NCBI GenBank assembly: GCA_051362555.1
Contig: CM120646.1
Location: forward strand, 21,328,001-21,392,000
Direction: 5' to 3'
From: Lingula anatina
Taxonomy: Eukaryota > Animalia > Brachiopoda
Length of the DNA stretch: 64,000 nucleotides
Part shown: positions 15,128 through 28,620 of the stretch, in pieces
How the letters are laid out: each line of letters starts with the position of its first letter
Position numbering within the stretch: position 1 is the stretch's first letter
Position numbers and translations under genes: made by a program
Notes under the pieces: generated by a model
Told to the model about the DNA's origin: nothing
The model's database searches: none
The model's input: the letters and a program-made list of their open reading frames with translations, nothing else

Positions 15128-15905
15128 TAGAAATGGAATGACGGGATTTCAGAATTATTAACACGCTGCGACATGCAGTTTTTATACTCTGTATATAAAC
15201 AGTAGTGTAGATCACCGACTATGTAACCACCCGTGCTGTGATTAGTTCACTACTCTACCTGCAGGTGCACAGTAAACATTTTCCCGTAAGACATGTGGCA
15301 GTTGCACAAAAAAAAAAAAAAAAAAAAAAAAATGTGAAAAAGATAGGTATATGATCTCAGTACAATAGCATATAGGCTCAGTGTGAAATGAGAAACATGA
15401 AAAAAATGAAACAAATAAGCACCCATGAAAAAGTTTATTCTCCCATATAAAAAAGCGTGAAGGAATCCCCGTTGGCAAACAAGCGATGTACTGTGAGAAA
15501 CAGTCAACAAAGGTTCGACAAGGGATTCCAAGCTATGCCGCCCTCATCAAAGTTTATCCCGGATCTGTGCAATGATTGTCGCCTCATTTCAAGGTAAACT
15601 AGCGTATCACACCGGCAGATCCCCTGAGCTCTGTCAACACTGTTCTCCCCCTAGCTTCACAGATAACACAGGTGCGCGCAATTACCGCTGATCCCGGCTT
15701 TGTATGAGTGACACAGTGGGACGTGATTCCATGATCTTCTCTCAGTTACCCTGTTGTTATTATTGGAGGGTATATTTAGTAGGGGTAGATAAACGATTGG
15801 CACAACTTTTTTAAAACAACAAAAGTTAGACATACTGAGCGCGAGTAATGGCTGCTCCTCAAGTCTCGAAGTTATGCGTCCCATTCGAGAACTTGGTAAA
15901 CATCT

Positions 15906-15936
<31 letters not shown>

Positions 15937-16414
15937 TTTCCATAGATGTACATTTTATATTGACCATAACCCAGCAAGTATAGCATGCGTGTTTAACAAG
16001 AGCATTCAGTGATAAGAGAGTATTCTAAAGTTATTTAAGCCCAGAGCCTGGATTTGAATTACCCTCTACCAGGTTGTTCTAGCAGTTTTTTACCTTTGGT
16101 CTAAAACATGCTCATCAAAGATGTCAAATAGTCCTTTCACAGACAAGAGGAAAGAAAAAAAACAGAAATACAAACTTTTCCATAAGTTTTCTGTGTGCAG
16201 AATGCTTTCCGTTTATCTTTCACCTATTTGCGAGATTTATTTTGTTGCGCATCACTATGTCTTTTCCGGCTTTTTTTTTCAAGAAAAATTCGCATGTACT
16301 TTTATAGAATATTTTAGAACGAAATAAGATCAAGTTTTACAACCAACACAACTTTTCAACAGAAGCGTGTCTCTTTCAGCAAGCAATGACTAAAATATAT
16401 AATTTTTTTTTCAG

Positions 16415-16678
16415 GTTAAAATTTGGTTCCAAAATCGGCGAATGAAATGGAAACGCTCCAAGAAAGCAGTCGTGGAAACAAAAACCAAGCAGCAAGAATT
16501 GAACAAAACCGACAAAGGAGACAGAGAAGTCACAAAACTAGCGGACCACGTTGGCTCCAAATCAAATAGCTCGAATAACAAGACGATTAGAATTCCACAC
16601 GAGGAAGTTAGCGGGGGGAGTGGTAAGAAAACCGGAACACCTTCAGACTCCAGGAATGGAGACAAACACTGCAGGTGA
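16415..16678 (+). CDS. Mnx: Mnx coding exon 3 (helix 3 and C-terminus)
   Basis: Acceptor TTTTTTCAG|; VKIWFQNRRMKWKRSKK... to TGA at 16676-16678. Joined CDS is 610+161+264=1035 nt, 344 aa, with compatible phases. Confidence 0.97.
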   Translation, partial: VKIWFQNRRMKWKRSKKAVVETKTKQQELNKTDKGDREVTKLADHVGSKSNSSNNKTIRIPHEEVSGGSGKKTGTPSDSRNGDKHCR

Positions 16679-16734
16679 AAAAGGAAAGGGATCTCATTGA
16701 CGATATTCAAACATGTAAATATACATTGGCTTGT

Positions 16735-16935
16735 TATTTATTGGATAAAGTAAAATATGCGAGGTCATAGTTACATATTTATTGGAGAAAGTGGATTTTA
16801 TGACGCCATAGTTACATATTTATTCGATAACGTGAAGTATGTGACGTGTTAGTTTTATATTTATTCGATAAAATATTGTGACGTCATAATAACATTTTCA
16901 TTTGATAAATTATAATATGTGACGTCATACGTGCA
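16735..16935 (+). repeat. ~41-bp degenerate tandem repeat (about 5 units) at the start of the Mnx 3' UTR
   Basis: Recurring TATTTATT(G/C)GATAA...ATGTGACGTCATAGTTACA at ~41-nt spacing. Confidence 0.75.
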
Positions 16936-19900
16936 TGTACCATTTACACGTACATATGTAATATCATACTAAGTCCACATCTGTTTTTACGTAACTTGAA
17001 AGGCATAATGTAATGAATTCTGCGGTTCAGTTTCAAGGTATGAATTCAACTATTATAAACATCTTCAAGACTGAATAATTTGAACGGGTATTGGTTAGTA
17101 AAAATTTGCAGTCGTGATTTGTGTTCCGACATGAGAAAGACACGACAAGTTGTCTCCCTTTTTGAGGCAACACACAGGTATAACTGTTGGTGCATGTTGC
17201 ATCTGTTCCATGACATTCTAATCGTAAAGTATCTGACAAAAGTGAGGTTGTAAATTTGTAATATAGTTACACTAGTTCACGAGTGAGTCACGTTAGTCTG
17301 TGTTCAATGTAAACGTTTCATATTTTGCGTCATGTTTCTTACACGAGATCAGAATTCTTTAATTTCTTTACTCACAACGGGTTATGACTTCCTTGGATAA
17401 TCGCCATGGCAACAATTTTTAACGTCATATGTGTCAAGGAGAGGTAACTTTCAGGGAACTTGTGCGATCTAAATACACAGTGCATTACATAGATGCCTGC
17501 GGCACATGGCTGCTTCAAGTTAATTTTGTGATTAGAAAATGTTGGTTTGAAAATATTTTTGCAGGGTAAAATATAGGTGTACTACCAAAAGCTCTCAAAT
17601 CGGTCCATGACGTTGTGAATGTATTCAGAGATGCGCTCAAGGATATACCAAATTCCATATCACGTAATGCCAGTCTATATTTTGTTCATATTACCAATTA
17701 TTTGTCAAAAAGAAAGCATTACGTGCGTCAGAGTATCTCAACGGATAATGTATTTTTCTTCCCTCTACTTGTTCGGGTCACTGTTGTCATTTTAGACTTG
17801 TGGAATTTTTTCTTTTTAAAATTTTGTGACACAACAGTGACAGTTCTTCCTAGAAACCTATTGGTCTTGACTAATTTGAATCCGTGATGTAGTTAACTGC
17901 TGTGTTTTTCTAATCTGCTGATTGTGAAAGTTGGTGTTGCTGAAATAATAATTTGTATGAAAAATACAAATCTCAGTGTGTTTCCTCTGGTTTTACATGT
18001 AGCTTCCGAAGTTAAATGTTTGTAATACGGAGGTGAAAAACAAGGAAATGAATTAATAAAAATTCCTACAAATTACAGGTCATGATATACAAGGGACAAG
18101 AAGCAGAGCTGAAATGTCTTTAAGAAATCATGTTGGATTTTCAATAATTTTATCTCAACAATTTTAGCCCATGCCTCTCTCACATATGGCATTCAATTTG
18201 CAGCTACATTGCTACAAGAACTTCATCAAATCTTTGACATAATAATAAATTCGTTATTATGTCCAAGATCAAATAATAGTTTTAACTGTGGATGGAAATA
18301 ATCATCAACACTAACAAGGCCTAGGTAGGACTGTTCTTCTAATTACTTTGTAAATATTTAGCAGTTGGTTGTTCACAAGCAAAAGTTTAACAAAACGATC
18401 ATAACATTTTATCCGTGGTATTAATAACTCGACACCAGAGTATAAGCATTTGACCTCTGACTCCAATCACCACGTGACGTCACATAATTCACATCTTATC
18501 TCGGCGAGGTGCGTATGGCTGAAGAGGGATGTCATATCGTCTCCGCCACAGCGCCAGGTGGGAGCGAATTAATCACCGATCACCGCCTCGTTTACGATAA
18601 CTCGGTGAACAACAACCTGATTTCAAAGTGGGCGCTCTCCGTTGCTCCGGTAGCTGCACGTTGAACATACTTTAATAAGAGCATAACTTTTCACCCCCTA
18701 GCGGAGGCAGCACTCGACCATCAGATAGCTGCTGTTTTTTTCTGGTGGTTGCAGTTTGGATGCATGTGCATTTGCACTAAGTTTAAAACTGGCCATCTCT
18801 TACTAAAATAAAGCACTTGTCTATTATCCGATTAGCGGAAAAATACATGAAACTCTGAACACAGCGCTTGCTTCAGGAGTTTGTACTAAGAAGGCTGAAT
18901 TCTTCTATTTTTCTTTTTCGTTTTTTTTCCATTTTGTGAAAGGGGTGTAAATACAAGACTTTCCTTTTGTAAAAATCACTTTTTACAAATAAACCGTGTT
19001 TACGAATAACATCGTCATCGATTTGGTATTTGTAGAATCTGAGATTGTTAATCGACTAATATGTTGACGTGTGATAACCGAATTGAAGAACGTTTCGTCT
19101 TGATAATGTGGAAATCAAAAAAGACAAAAATAACTTTTCTTCAAATATCACGTTTTCAAAACAGTTACGGACAAAAAATATTTAAAGACCATGGAATTTA
19201 TCGACACAGCAGCCTCTATAAAATGACGTGCAGCCAGAAATATACAAGTATTTAGGGGTTCAGATGCCACTTATGTCCTTGTCAGTTCTGCGAGTTTAAA
19301 GCTTCTGTCTTTTCAACCGTGTGAAACCGAAATCGAGGTACCCGATGTTACCGTGTTACCGTGAAACGTACTGAAGCTCCCAAGCGAAGCCAGTGCTCCC
19401 GGAGAAGCGGTCGCAGATGTATCGCGTCCATTTCATCTCGGAGTGTCAACATAATTTTTCATTAGGGAAGAATTATACGGAAATTTGCGGATGATATGCG
19501 GCGCAATTCATTAATTCAATTTTCTATTTCTTCCCTATTAGGGATCGGTGAATCAATGCAGCTTATACTAACCGTCTTTTATCATGCATCGCCTTCAGCC
19601 GCGTTCAATGTCTCATAACCCTGACTCCGAGTAAAAAATTCGCCTCGGTGGGGATTCAGAAAAGGGCCCAAAGGTTCTTAATTCAGGGCCCTGGCAGTGG
19701 ATAATATCTGAGACAAGGGAAAGTGTAATGTGTGGAATTAATGGGCCTAGCAATCAGGGGAAGAAGTCGAAGTGGTCCCTTGGCACGAGATGCCATTCGC
19801 GGCAGTTTAGGCAGCTCAGTGGAATCAATAGCGACGGGTCGCTCTCGTCTACTCCCTGAAGAAAAGCCAGTTGGAAGATTAGCTTCATTTTCGACTTAAT

Positions 19901-22076
19901 TTGGGCAATTGCAAAATCGTAATTACCCGCCAGAACGTACGATAAGGTCTCCTGTCAGTTACACTGGCTGTTGATGAATTCTCGGAATTCGGTCTCTGAA
20001 ACGTCACGTTTTACTCCGTCATTTCAAACCCGCTGTAAACAAAGAGAGAATGTCTTGAAGATGGGACGCTTCTGACACTGATCGCTACGTCCTAAATATA
20101 AACTTTTACTAATCAATTAAGCCCAAATGTAAAATAACAGTAAAAGATAACTCTTTAAGATGTTAATGTTATCGATATTAATTTTGACCAATTATATCCC
20201 AATAATTTTCTGTTAAAATGCTGCGCAAATTAATTCAGTGATAACTTTTTACAATGCCCCTGGTGAAAATGCACTGGAGGTAAAAGCATCAGACGCACAT
20301 CATTAATCGTGGCGTTGCTGACCAGCATTAATTGAAACAAACAAGTCTTAAAGTAACACCTTATATACAAAGGCATTACGACGGACGTGCCCGTGTGAAA
20401 AACTTGCAGCAGCAATTTGCCACATTTAATCCATAGAGACCGTCATTAATCCCCTCCCTGCAATTCATGTAAGCAGGAACGTGTGATCTTTGCTCATTTG
20501 ACGAGCTGTCCACTTCATTATTTCTCCTCATGTTTCATGTAAACGTATACCAAAACGTAATGCCCTTTTCAGGGCCACTTCATCTTATCACTACGCCCTG
20601 ATCACGGATAGTGGTTGATGCGTTCGTATTATGCCTAGTTGGACCTGTCGGTGTTTGTATCGGGGCCCCGGCCCCTGATAAAGCGTATCGCGTCTCTCAC
20701 CTGTGTTAACATCGTCAAGTGGCAAGTTGATCACACACCTTGATTAGATTTATTATACAGCGATTATCGGCGCATTATGCCTATAAATCCATTCAAACAA
20801 TTGTTGGATTACTGCTATCGTTTACACTCGGCATGATTTGCTGTTGAACTCCGTATACTGAGATTAAAATGACATTATATTTCTTAAACTGAAGTCTTCA
20901 GCCTTAGAACTGTTATAAATGACATTCCGAAGGCCTGCAGGTGCGGGGGATTACAGAGAGAGTAATATTTAGCGCGGACGGTGATACAAGTTAGGGGAGA
21001 TTCTCTGAGGTGGGATTACGCTGTGTTTGATCTTGTTTGTTTCCCGATTGAGCAGAGCCTCGCAGAATGATGATACTCGCATTCCAGTGACATATGAGCT
21101 TTGGATCTGTCAAATCAAGGTGGAAATCCGAACTTTCTTTCCATTTGAAATAAAAATAATCGGAATATTACACGGAGAGTAAATATTAATATGAATTAAA
21201 GAAATTGAAATACCAGAATGAACCAAAAAATCCAAGCTCTTTTTTAAAGGTTTGCGTCAGAACCGAAACATGCACGTGCGCTGAATTACCATACTTCACA
21301 TTCCTCGTCCTTTTTCGAGCGGGCCTCCAACTTCAAACCTCGATAATATCTCAATTAAAAGCGGCTCTCCTCTTTTTCCACGGGCCTGATAACGCAATCA
21401 TTTTAATTCGTTTAGGAACAAGTTAATCATTAGAATGACTCCGTCTCTAGAATAAGAAAGAGCTTAATCCTCTGGCTTTTGTTTACGTGCTGAAAGGGCC
21501 GATCAAATGCAACGTTTAGATTAAAATCGGCTCCTGCGATGACCCAAATTGTGCTTACATTTCTGATTAAGAAACAATTAAGATTAAACGGGGTTTCGTC
21601 GTAATCACCGAGTTAAGTATTTATTAATAATAATGGGACGCTGTAGTCGTGCTCCGGGTTGCTCCTCAACTACCTGGCTGACGTCTCCCGGGTAGGAAGG
21701 GTCACTGATTTTATTTAAATCACTGCCAATCAGTCTTAATGTTTACGTGAATTGTTTAATGTTAAGTAAGCACCAGTCATTACCCCCATACCCCGTACAT
21801 AGATCACCAGTACGACGTTTTTTATCGTTACCGGTATGAGCTCAGGCTAACTAAAATGCTATCTCCAAGACACGGGGTTTGACTGAGCAACAGTGTCCAT
21901 TACCTGTGGGACGTCTCCGTATAAAAACGTTTTACGTCAGTGAACATTACAGGACATTCCCGGTCCCATATGGACAGTTTATACCTTTTGTTTAAAGGAT
22001 ATCTTGTCCAATTCTACTGGTTTAATGAATGGAAAAGAAACACATATATATAGAGAGAGGGGGGAGAGAGACAGGG

Positions 22077-22078
<2 letters not shown>

Positions 22079-22113
<35 letters not shown>
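22079..22113. repeat. (CA)n microsatellite
   Basis: Directly visible. Confidence 0.95.
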
Positions 22114-22116
<3 letters not shown>

Positions 22117-25100
22117 TACTCAAACTCTCACTAGGCTCGCCGGACATGTTTTGATTAAAAAACTTATTATATTATGTAATCTCATATTTAACTGTTCTTT
22201 TTTATTTATTTATTTTTTTTTTTAGTAAAACGCATCTCTGGTCCCCTCTCGATTCAGGAAGTAAAATGAAAGGAGAATTATAAATTATAAATAGTGTGAC
22301 TAATGTATTCCCAAAGACCTTCTGGTGCACACTAAAATGTCAATGGGCGATTTTCATCAATCTGTTTATCTATTTATTAATTCATTTATTCATCGTGCAT
22401 CTTAACCAGTCCCATCGCGGTCTAAAAGTACATAAACCAAAGAACCTTCAAGAAAAGTCCTCCTGCTATAATTCATATGTATCGAACACACAGAGTGACA
22501 GCTGGGCCTATTCAGGATACTTTGATTTGTTTAAGGAGATAAAAATGGATTCCGGAGTCCCTATTATATTTTTATCAAGTGAAATTTAATGGCAATATTG
22601 TCCCTCAGTGGGGGACGCAGCGCTGAAGAGTTTGAAGGTAAATCGATATATGTTGTTTGGGTCTCATTTATCTGCTCCATAACCTACGTGGTATGATTAA
22701 AATCAACCAGACCCGTTGGTGATGTTGACAATTTTCTTTGACTTGTTTATAGTTTTCTGAGTCAGGAGCAAAGCATTTTTAGTGATTGGTTGACAGTTTC
22801 TGGAGTCAATATCTCGCGTATAGTTAAGCCAATTTACGTGCCGTTTACGTGTCTTGCCAGAAAATGTTGCTTAAGATGGACAGTAATGTATCAGAAATTT
22901 GAGCTTCCATGAAAGACGCTTACAGTGCTATAAGTGTAATTGAATTTTCAGATACCAAGCATTTAAACACTTTTCATATATTGTCTCTTAGACTGACGCG
23001 AATCATTTGACTAATCATGATGCGATCAATAAATATGTCAGACTTTAAAATGTTTGCGAGAACTTTCCGCAAATACTGGTATAATACAGTGACACCCGCG
23101 TTAAGCTGAATTTTTATGTTTCTTTTACAATATTATTTAACAATAAATATGTTAACATAATAGGATTAAACATGGTATATAAATGTGATTGTTCTCCTTG
23201 CTACAGTTGATTAAATACATGTACCCGTTAAAGTGATATTTCATCTTGCCCTGGGATGTGTAGAATTCAATATACAATGTATATGTAGGCCCTGTCAAAG
23301 AGACAGCAATATTTCTTTTGTGAAAAAAAAAAAGAAAATACCCCAACAAGCAACAAGCCCTAAAAATCCGATTTTAACATTCGAGAACTGAATATTTTGT
23401 TTCATGAGAACGTTCAAAAGTGTGGCAGACTGAAGTAGCGACTACCTTAGGTCATCAAAAACGAATCCTAACAGATTGTAGAATCCTATAAGCTTGTTTA
23501 GAGACAATAAATGTATGGAAGGTAAGAACAGTGACACATTTTTGGACAGCTGATTGCAAGGCGCCCCGCGTCTCGCATCACAAATAACACACCAGTCTCC
23601 CCGCTGCAATACAGACAATTAATCATCAACATTTCCACCCGCGAAATTAACAATACTATTATCAATTAATTACGGACAGCTTAAAGCGATTAAGAGATTA
23701 CGATATTAATACCGATCCCCGCGACGTAACGATGAAGGTATGTTGGCCCTCTGTGGGTGACTTTAAGTCCTCTAAAAACATGCGGTAGTCAGTGTTTTAT
23801 GGAGTGGCACATGGAATCATTTCATAACGCACGTGCTGGCGTTTCAATTTCATGTCGGCAAATATCGACCTTATTAATAAGATTTCTCGTTACATTATAG
23901 ATGTGGTCCTCGTATCTTAACGTGTTTACACACTGTGTCATCAAAATGTGATGAATGTTTCTGGAGAGATACTTAATTAACGTGAAAATCAGACGTACAG
24001 GCGGTCCCTTTGGCTCCTATATGCCCCCCAAAAGACATCTGTTAAGTTTTGAGAAATCGCAAGATGAACTAAAATCAATGTATTCGAAATTTGAAAAAGA
24101 GGGATAACGAACATCCACGTACTATTGGTCTGCAACAAAATTCAACAGCAAGATACATACACATGTAGTATATGTATTTTAATTTTTTCTCTGGGGATCC
24201 CAGAAATTGTCCCTAAGTTTGAGAAAAATATCACTTAACAACCTTTTCTTTAAAAAACATCGAGCTTACTAATTTTCTGGACGTTTCAGGGATTGTGAAT
24301 TCAGTTGATAAGAACAAAGTGAATCCAGATGTATGTTGATCTACTACAGGTCACTTCATGGCTCCACAGAGGTAGGTAAAGTAATACGCTTCATGCGTAC
24401 TGTATAGGCCATGTAAAAATTGCATGTAATTGGATAACTATATGTATTGATAATATGCCGCTTTATGTCCTTCTGAATTTTAAGTCGAGTTAATGTTAAC
24501 GCTTTTGAAATATTTACACAAGAAAATCGGTTAGTAATCTTTTTTTTTTTTTTTGGACAATTCATGAAAGCGTATGATATACTTAAAGCCAAGTATATTT
24601 GCGTCAGTTTAACGGGGTCGAAGATTATTTTGTTGTAGATTTACAGTGCTAGTAATATTAATCTTACACGAAAAACGTCCCATCTGGCACACCTGTCAGC
24701 AAATATGGCGGCATGAACACGTACAATCTCTGAATAAAACATTGGCAGTCGACAGCTCTGGTTTTTCCAATATTAGTCTTATCTGTTGTGTGCCAATAAA
24801 ATATTCATATACATATGTAACACGTCGGCCTGGTTCGAAGTGATATTTTTACTGAAGGAAAAATTTGGGAGGGAAGTCTTGAATTGGAATTCGCATTAGA
24901 AATCAAGTTGTTGGAAGGACAATAAACAAGACTAAAGCATACATATACATTGCCACCAGACGTATTTCTTTTGTCGTGTGTTAGTGTACATGTGTTTATG
25001 TGTGTGTGTGTTTATGTGTGTGTGTGAAGCCATGTAACTGTACTAGAAGGGGTCAACCTGGATAAAATGGCTTAGGTGTCATCAATGTCAAACAGTGAAA

Positions 25101-25231
25101 AGTGGGGTTCCAATTAATTCGTACAAATGAGCCCCGTCCTAGGTTTTCAAACCAACCTACGCCACACTTACCCTAACCTGTTCACATCTATGGTTGCCGA
25201 ATACCTTATCCTGTAGGCTAATTTCCCCCTC

Positions 25232-25301
25232 TTGAAATTAGAATTGCCTAGCTGAATTGTAGTTCTAAACCGTACCAAATGGCACTTTTTGCCCTCCAAA
25301 A
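25232..25301. mobile_element. Internal fragment of the same repeat family as 36527-36770
   Basis: TTGAAATTAGAATT..GCCTA...AACCGTACCAAATGGCAC..GCCCTC matches 36609-36680. Confidence 0.6.
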
Positions 25302-25709
25302 CACTTTTTTTTTTGCATAGACAGCATATATCGTGTATAAACAGCCGTTTCCTGTTGTAAAAATAATACTACAAATATGTATGCACGGATGGCACCAGTA
25401 GGTTTACACCAGTACATATACAACAAAGTTCTGTTTGGTACAAGCATGTCCATGAAATTAAATCCGTTATTTTTTGAATCGTCAAAAATCTCTGGATGCG
25501 TTCTGTGACTGAAACTTTGAATGGGGGTGTGACTGTCATTCTTGGGACAGTAATGTGATACGGATTAATTCAGATATTCTCATTTCTCGACCTTGGTCCG
25601 CCTACTACCCCTATTTGGGCATTTACTGTGTCTTTTTACGTGCTTAACACAATGCCTTTGGAACTCAAATTCTGTTTGCGGTCCACTTGTTTTCGTTGTC
25701 TCTATTGAC

Positions 25710-25747
<38 letters not shown>
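25710..25747. repeat. (AAT)n microsatellite
   Basis: Directly visible. Confidence 0.95.
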
Positions 25748-25749
<2 letters not shown>

Positions 25750-26117
25750 TTAATAATACAGTTTTATTATTTTTCCTTCATATTCCATTTAATGTAAAAC
25801 ATTATATGTAAGTGTTAATTTGAAACAACATAGTTTCAACTAACCGATTATCTACACATGCATACTGTCGCTAAATTATTTTCTAACCCCTTTATGAGAA
25901 AACCTCTATAGTCTACGACATATTGTATGCCTTGAATCCATGAAAAATTATCGTGTTCACTTGAAGAACTTTTTACAAAAAAGCTCTGGACAATGATTTG
26001 GTATTAGTTTTATGAGAAAATTGTTTCGCATTACAATTTTAGCTTTAAAGATAATATTTTTTGTTATCGCTTTCTAATTTGACAATTATTATTTAAAAAT
26101 GTCGCGTTGTTACAAAA

Positions 26118-27249
26118 CTATACGAGTCCAATATCATCCGCACATTTTTGTAAACTACGCCTTAAAAGTTGAGCTACACCTAATTTAGAACGCAAGACCG
26201 CGCTTAAGTCCATTCTACGGAATCCCTCTAAGTAGTCTTTGTTTTGCAGTACGATCAGATGGGTCTCGTTCATTTCCTTAGCGAGATCTCGTTGGTCGCT
26301 CATGAGATCTGCGGTACTAAACTGAAACCACGCCTCGGAGCCTTCAATGTTATGGAACCGTAACCCAAGGCCCAGTTGTTCCTCAAAAACAGGCTGGGCA
26401 GTTTCGGTACCCAGTTCCGTGCCTTTAAAGGGATCGGCCCCAGACGCCAGAGCTTTGTGTGCCGTGTTAAATCGAGTTTGGTGAATTTTCATAATCCAGT
26501 TTTTGGTAAACTCCGTCTGCATGCGAAATGGGCCCATATTCCCGACATGGAATTCTCCTGATGGGCGTCTAGAACCCACGATGTCATTACTGCCCAGCAA
26601 GTCTAGGTATTCCCTCATGCTCTTAAAACTGATGGTATCCACATCAAAATACATCCCGCCATAGTTAGAAAGAATCGCCGCCCGGAAGTAATCTGATTTG
26701 TGGGCGGGGTTAAGGGAATGGTACATGGGTTGCAGGTAGTCCACGCTCTGTGCAAACTGGGTCGAGTTGAAGACTTTGATGTGGAAATCTTTCTCATTGT
26801 GGCAAATTATGCTAAGAATACACAAGTCGATATAGGCAGGACGCAGAGGACCCTCCCAAAATAACCAAATGAACGGCTTGCCGACAAGTTCGTACACCAT
26901 TGTAATGGGATTCTGAACAAAACGTACTTTCATAACCGGGTCACTGTTCACTTTATAGATGTCTAAGAGCTGCCGCACTTTTCTCTCAAATCCGTCATAG
27001 TCAAATGTGTCAACTGGTGCTTCCGTCACAGTGACGTCAGCTTGCGCGGTACCGGAAGTGATGATGAGAAGTCCGCACACCATGACGACGGCCACGAGAC
27101 CTAGGAGGGCTATAATGCGCCGCTGTCCACGTGACATGAAGGTGATGGAACGAACTAACATTTTGCCCTTTAATCGGAGCTTTTCTTTGTAATCCATCAT
27201 GCGCTGGTGTCTGCTTATTGTAGTTTGCATTGACCCTCCAGAAGTGGTG
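26118..27249 (-). CDS. DXD glycosyltransferase (GT32 / Caps_synth-like), type II membrane protein, main exon
   Basis: TM segment IIALLGLVAVVMVCGLLII; IWLFWEG; HKSDYFRAAILSNYGGMYFDVDTI (SDxxR...YGG.Y.DxD signature); minus-strand acceptor TTGTGTTTTAG|C at 27250/27249. Confidence 0.88.
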
Positions 27250-28561
27250 CTAAAACACAAGTAGAAATAATATATATATGTATATAGGAAAAATTGGTGT
27301 TATTCAAAATTCATTCAATTTTAAATTTGAGGCTTGTCGATTTCATAGTGCTTATTGCGTGTTGCTCCATGACACATGTACTGAGCGTAAAGGGTGCGTA
27401 GAGTTAACAGCTTTGTAGAGTTTTTCTATATATAAAAATGAACTTTAAAATCAAAGTGAAATTAAAAAATAATTGTAGCCTCGCGGTCTTTTAAAAGTTG
27501 GTAAACTCATTTAATGTACAACATTAATAACAGAGAAAACGGTAGAAATATATTCTTGAGGAAAAAATTCTTAGGGGAGATTTTGTAATCAGTTTATTAT
27601 GATAAATTTTTATAAGTAATAAAGTGATATATAAATATAAATCTTATATGCTAAACTGGCAAACAAGGTTAATTGATCACGTGATACATAATAGGTCGCT
27701 TTTACGCAACGATAATTTCAAACTTTTAAAACTGGTCGTCTGTGATTGTGGCATTACGTCAACATGTAAAAATCTGCTTATTACTTTCCACAGTTGAATA
27801 AAAGCCGAGAACATACAGAAGACATTTTCAACAAGTTTAAGCCACGAAGAATTCCATGAGCGGGAATGGGCGCAAGCACTTGTGTTCTACATTTCGTGTG
27901 GGCTGGTAGATCTCCAGAATATTTGCATTATTTTGCAATGTATCAAATGTAATAATTTTTCAAATTAAAGACAGAAATGCATTTTATGAGGCAGATTGAG
28001 AGAGGCCCGTAATCCGTTGTTGAAAGACTCCCAATAACGGCCCTCGTGTCGTCTGCGAAACTTTCGCTAACAGATGCTGTAATTAAACTGATCAAACACC
28101 CGTAATGACTAAGCCAACTGCGAGTTTTGTTCTTTGTCACGCGTATTATGATAAATCAACTGCGCTCTCTATAAACCTCTCCAAATGTGATGTGCAGAAT
28201 TCCAAAATCACCGAGGTTTATTCCGATAATGTCATTAAAATACCATTTTTTCGACGGACAGACTTTAAGGAAGATAAATATGTTCATTCTATCTGAATAT
28301 AACCTTTTATCTAAATTTAGCAGAAATTAAGGAAATGCTCCAGGATTGGATAATTACAACAATGGAATAATACTGAATACCTGATTAGAGACAAAAAATT
28401 AACATTCTTCAAGAAAATCATACAAGGGAATATTGAAAAGAAAAACTTTCGCAACTACGCTAAAATGCGACATAAAATCGAAACTTCAACATTCAGTATT
28501 TAAGCCTAAACGCATGTACACCTCTACAGATTTTAAGAATATTTTTAATATGTATACTGAC

Positions 28562-28620
28562 CTCTTCTCAAAGATGCGGTTGTCCAGGCGTCTTTTCTCT
28601 GGTCTGTATTGCCAGCTCAT
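28562..28620 (-). CDS. Probable first coding exon of the DXD glycosyltransferase
   Basis: ATG at 28620 gives MSWQYRPEKRRLDNRIFEK-AG|GTCAGT; phase 2 joins in frame to C-ACC-ACT of the main exon (total 1191 nt, 396 aa). CCAAT boxes lie upstream on the minus strand (~28700, ~28835). Confidence 0.65.
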
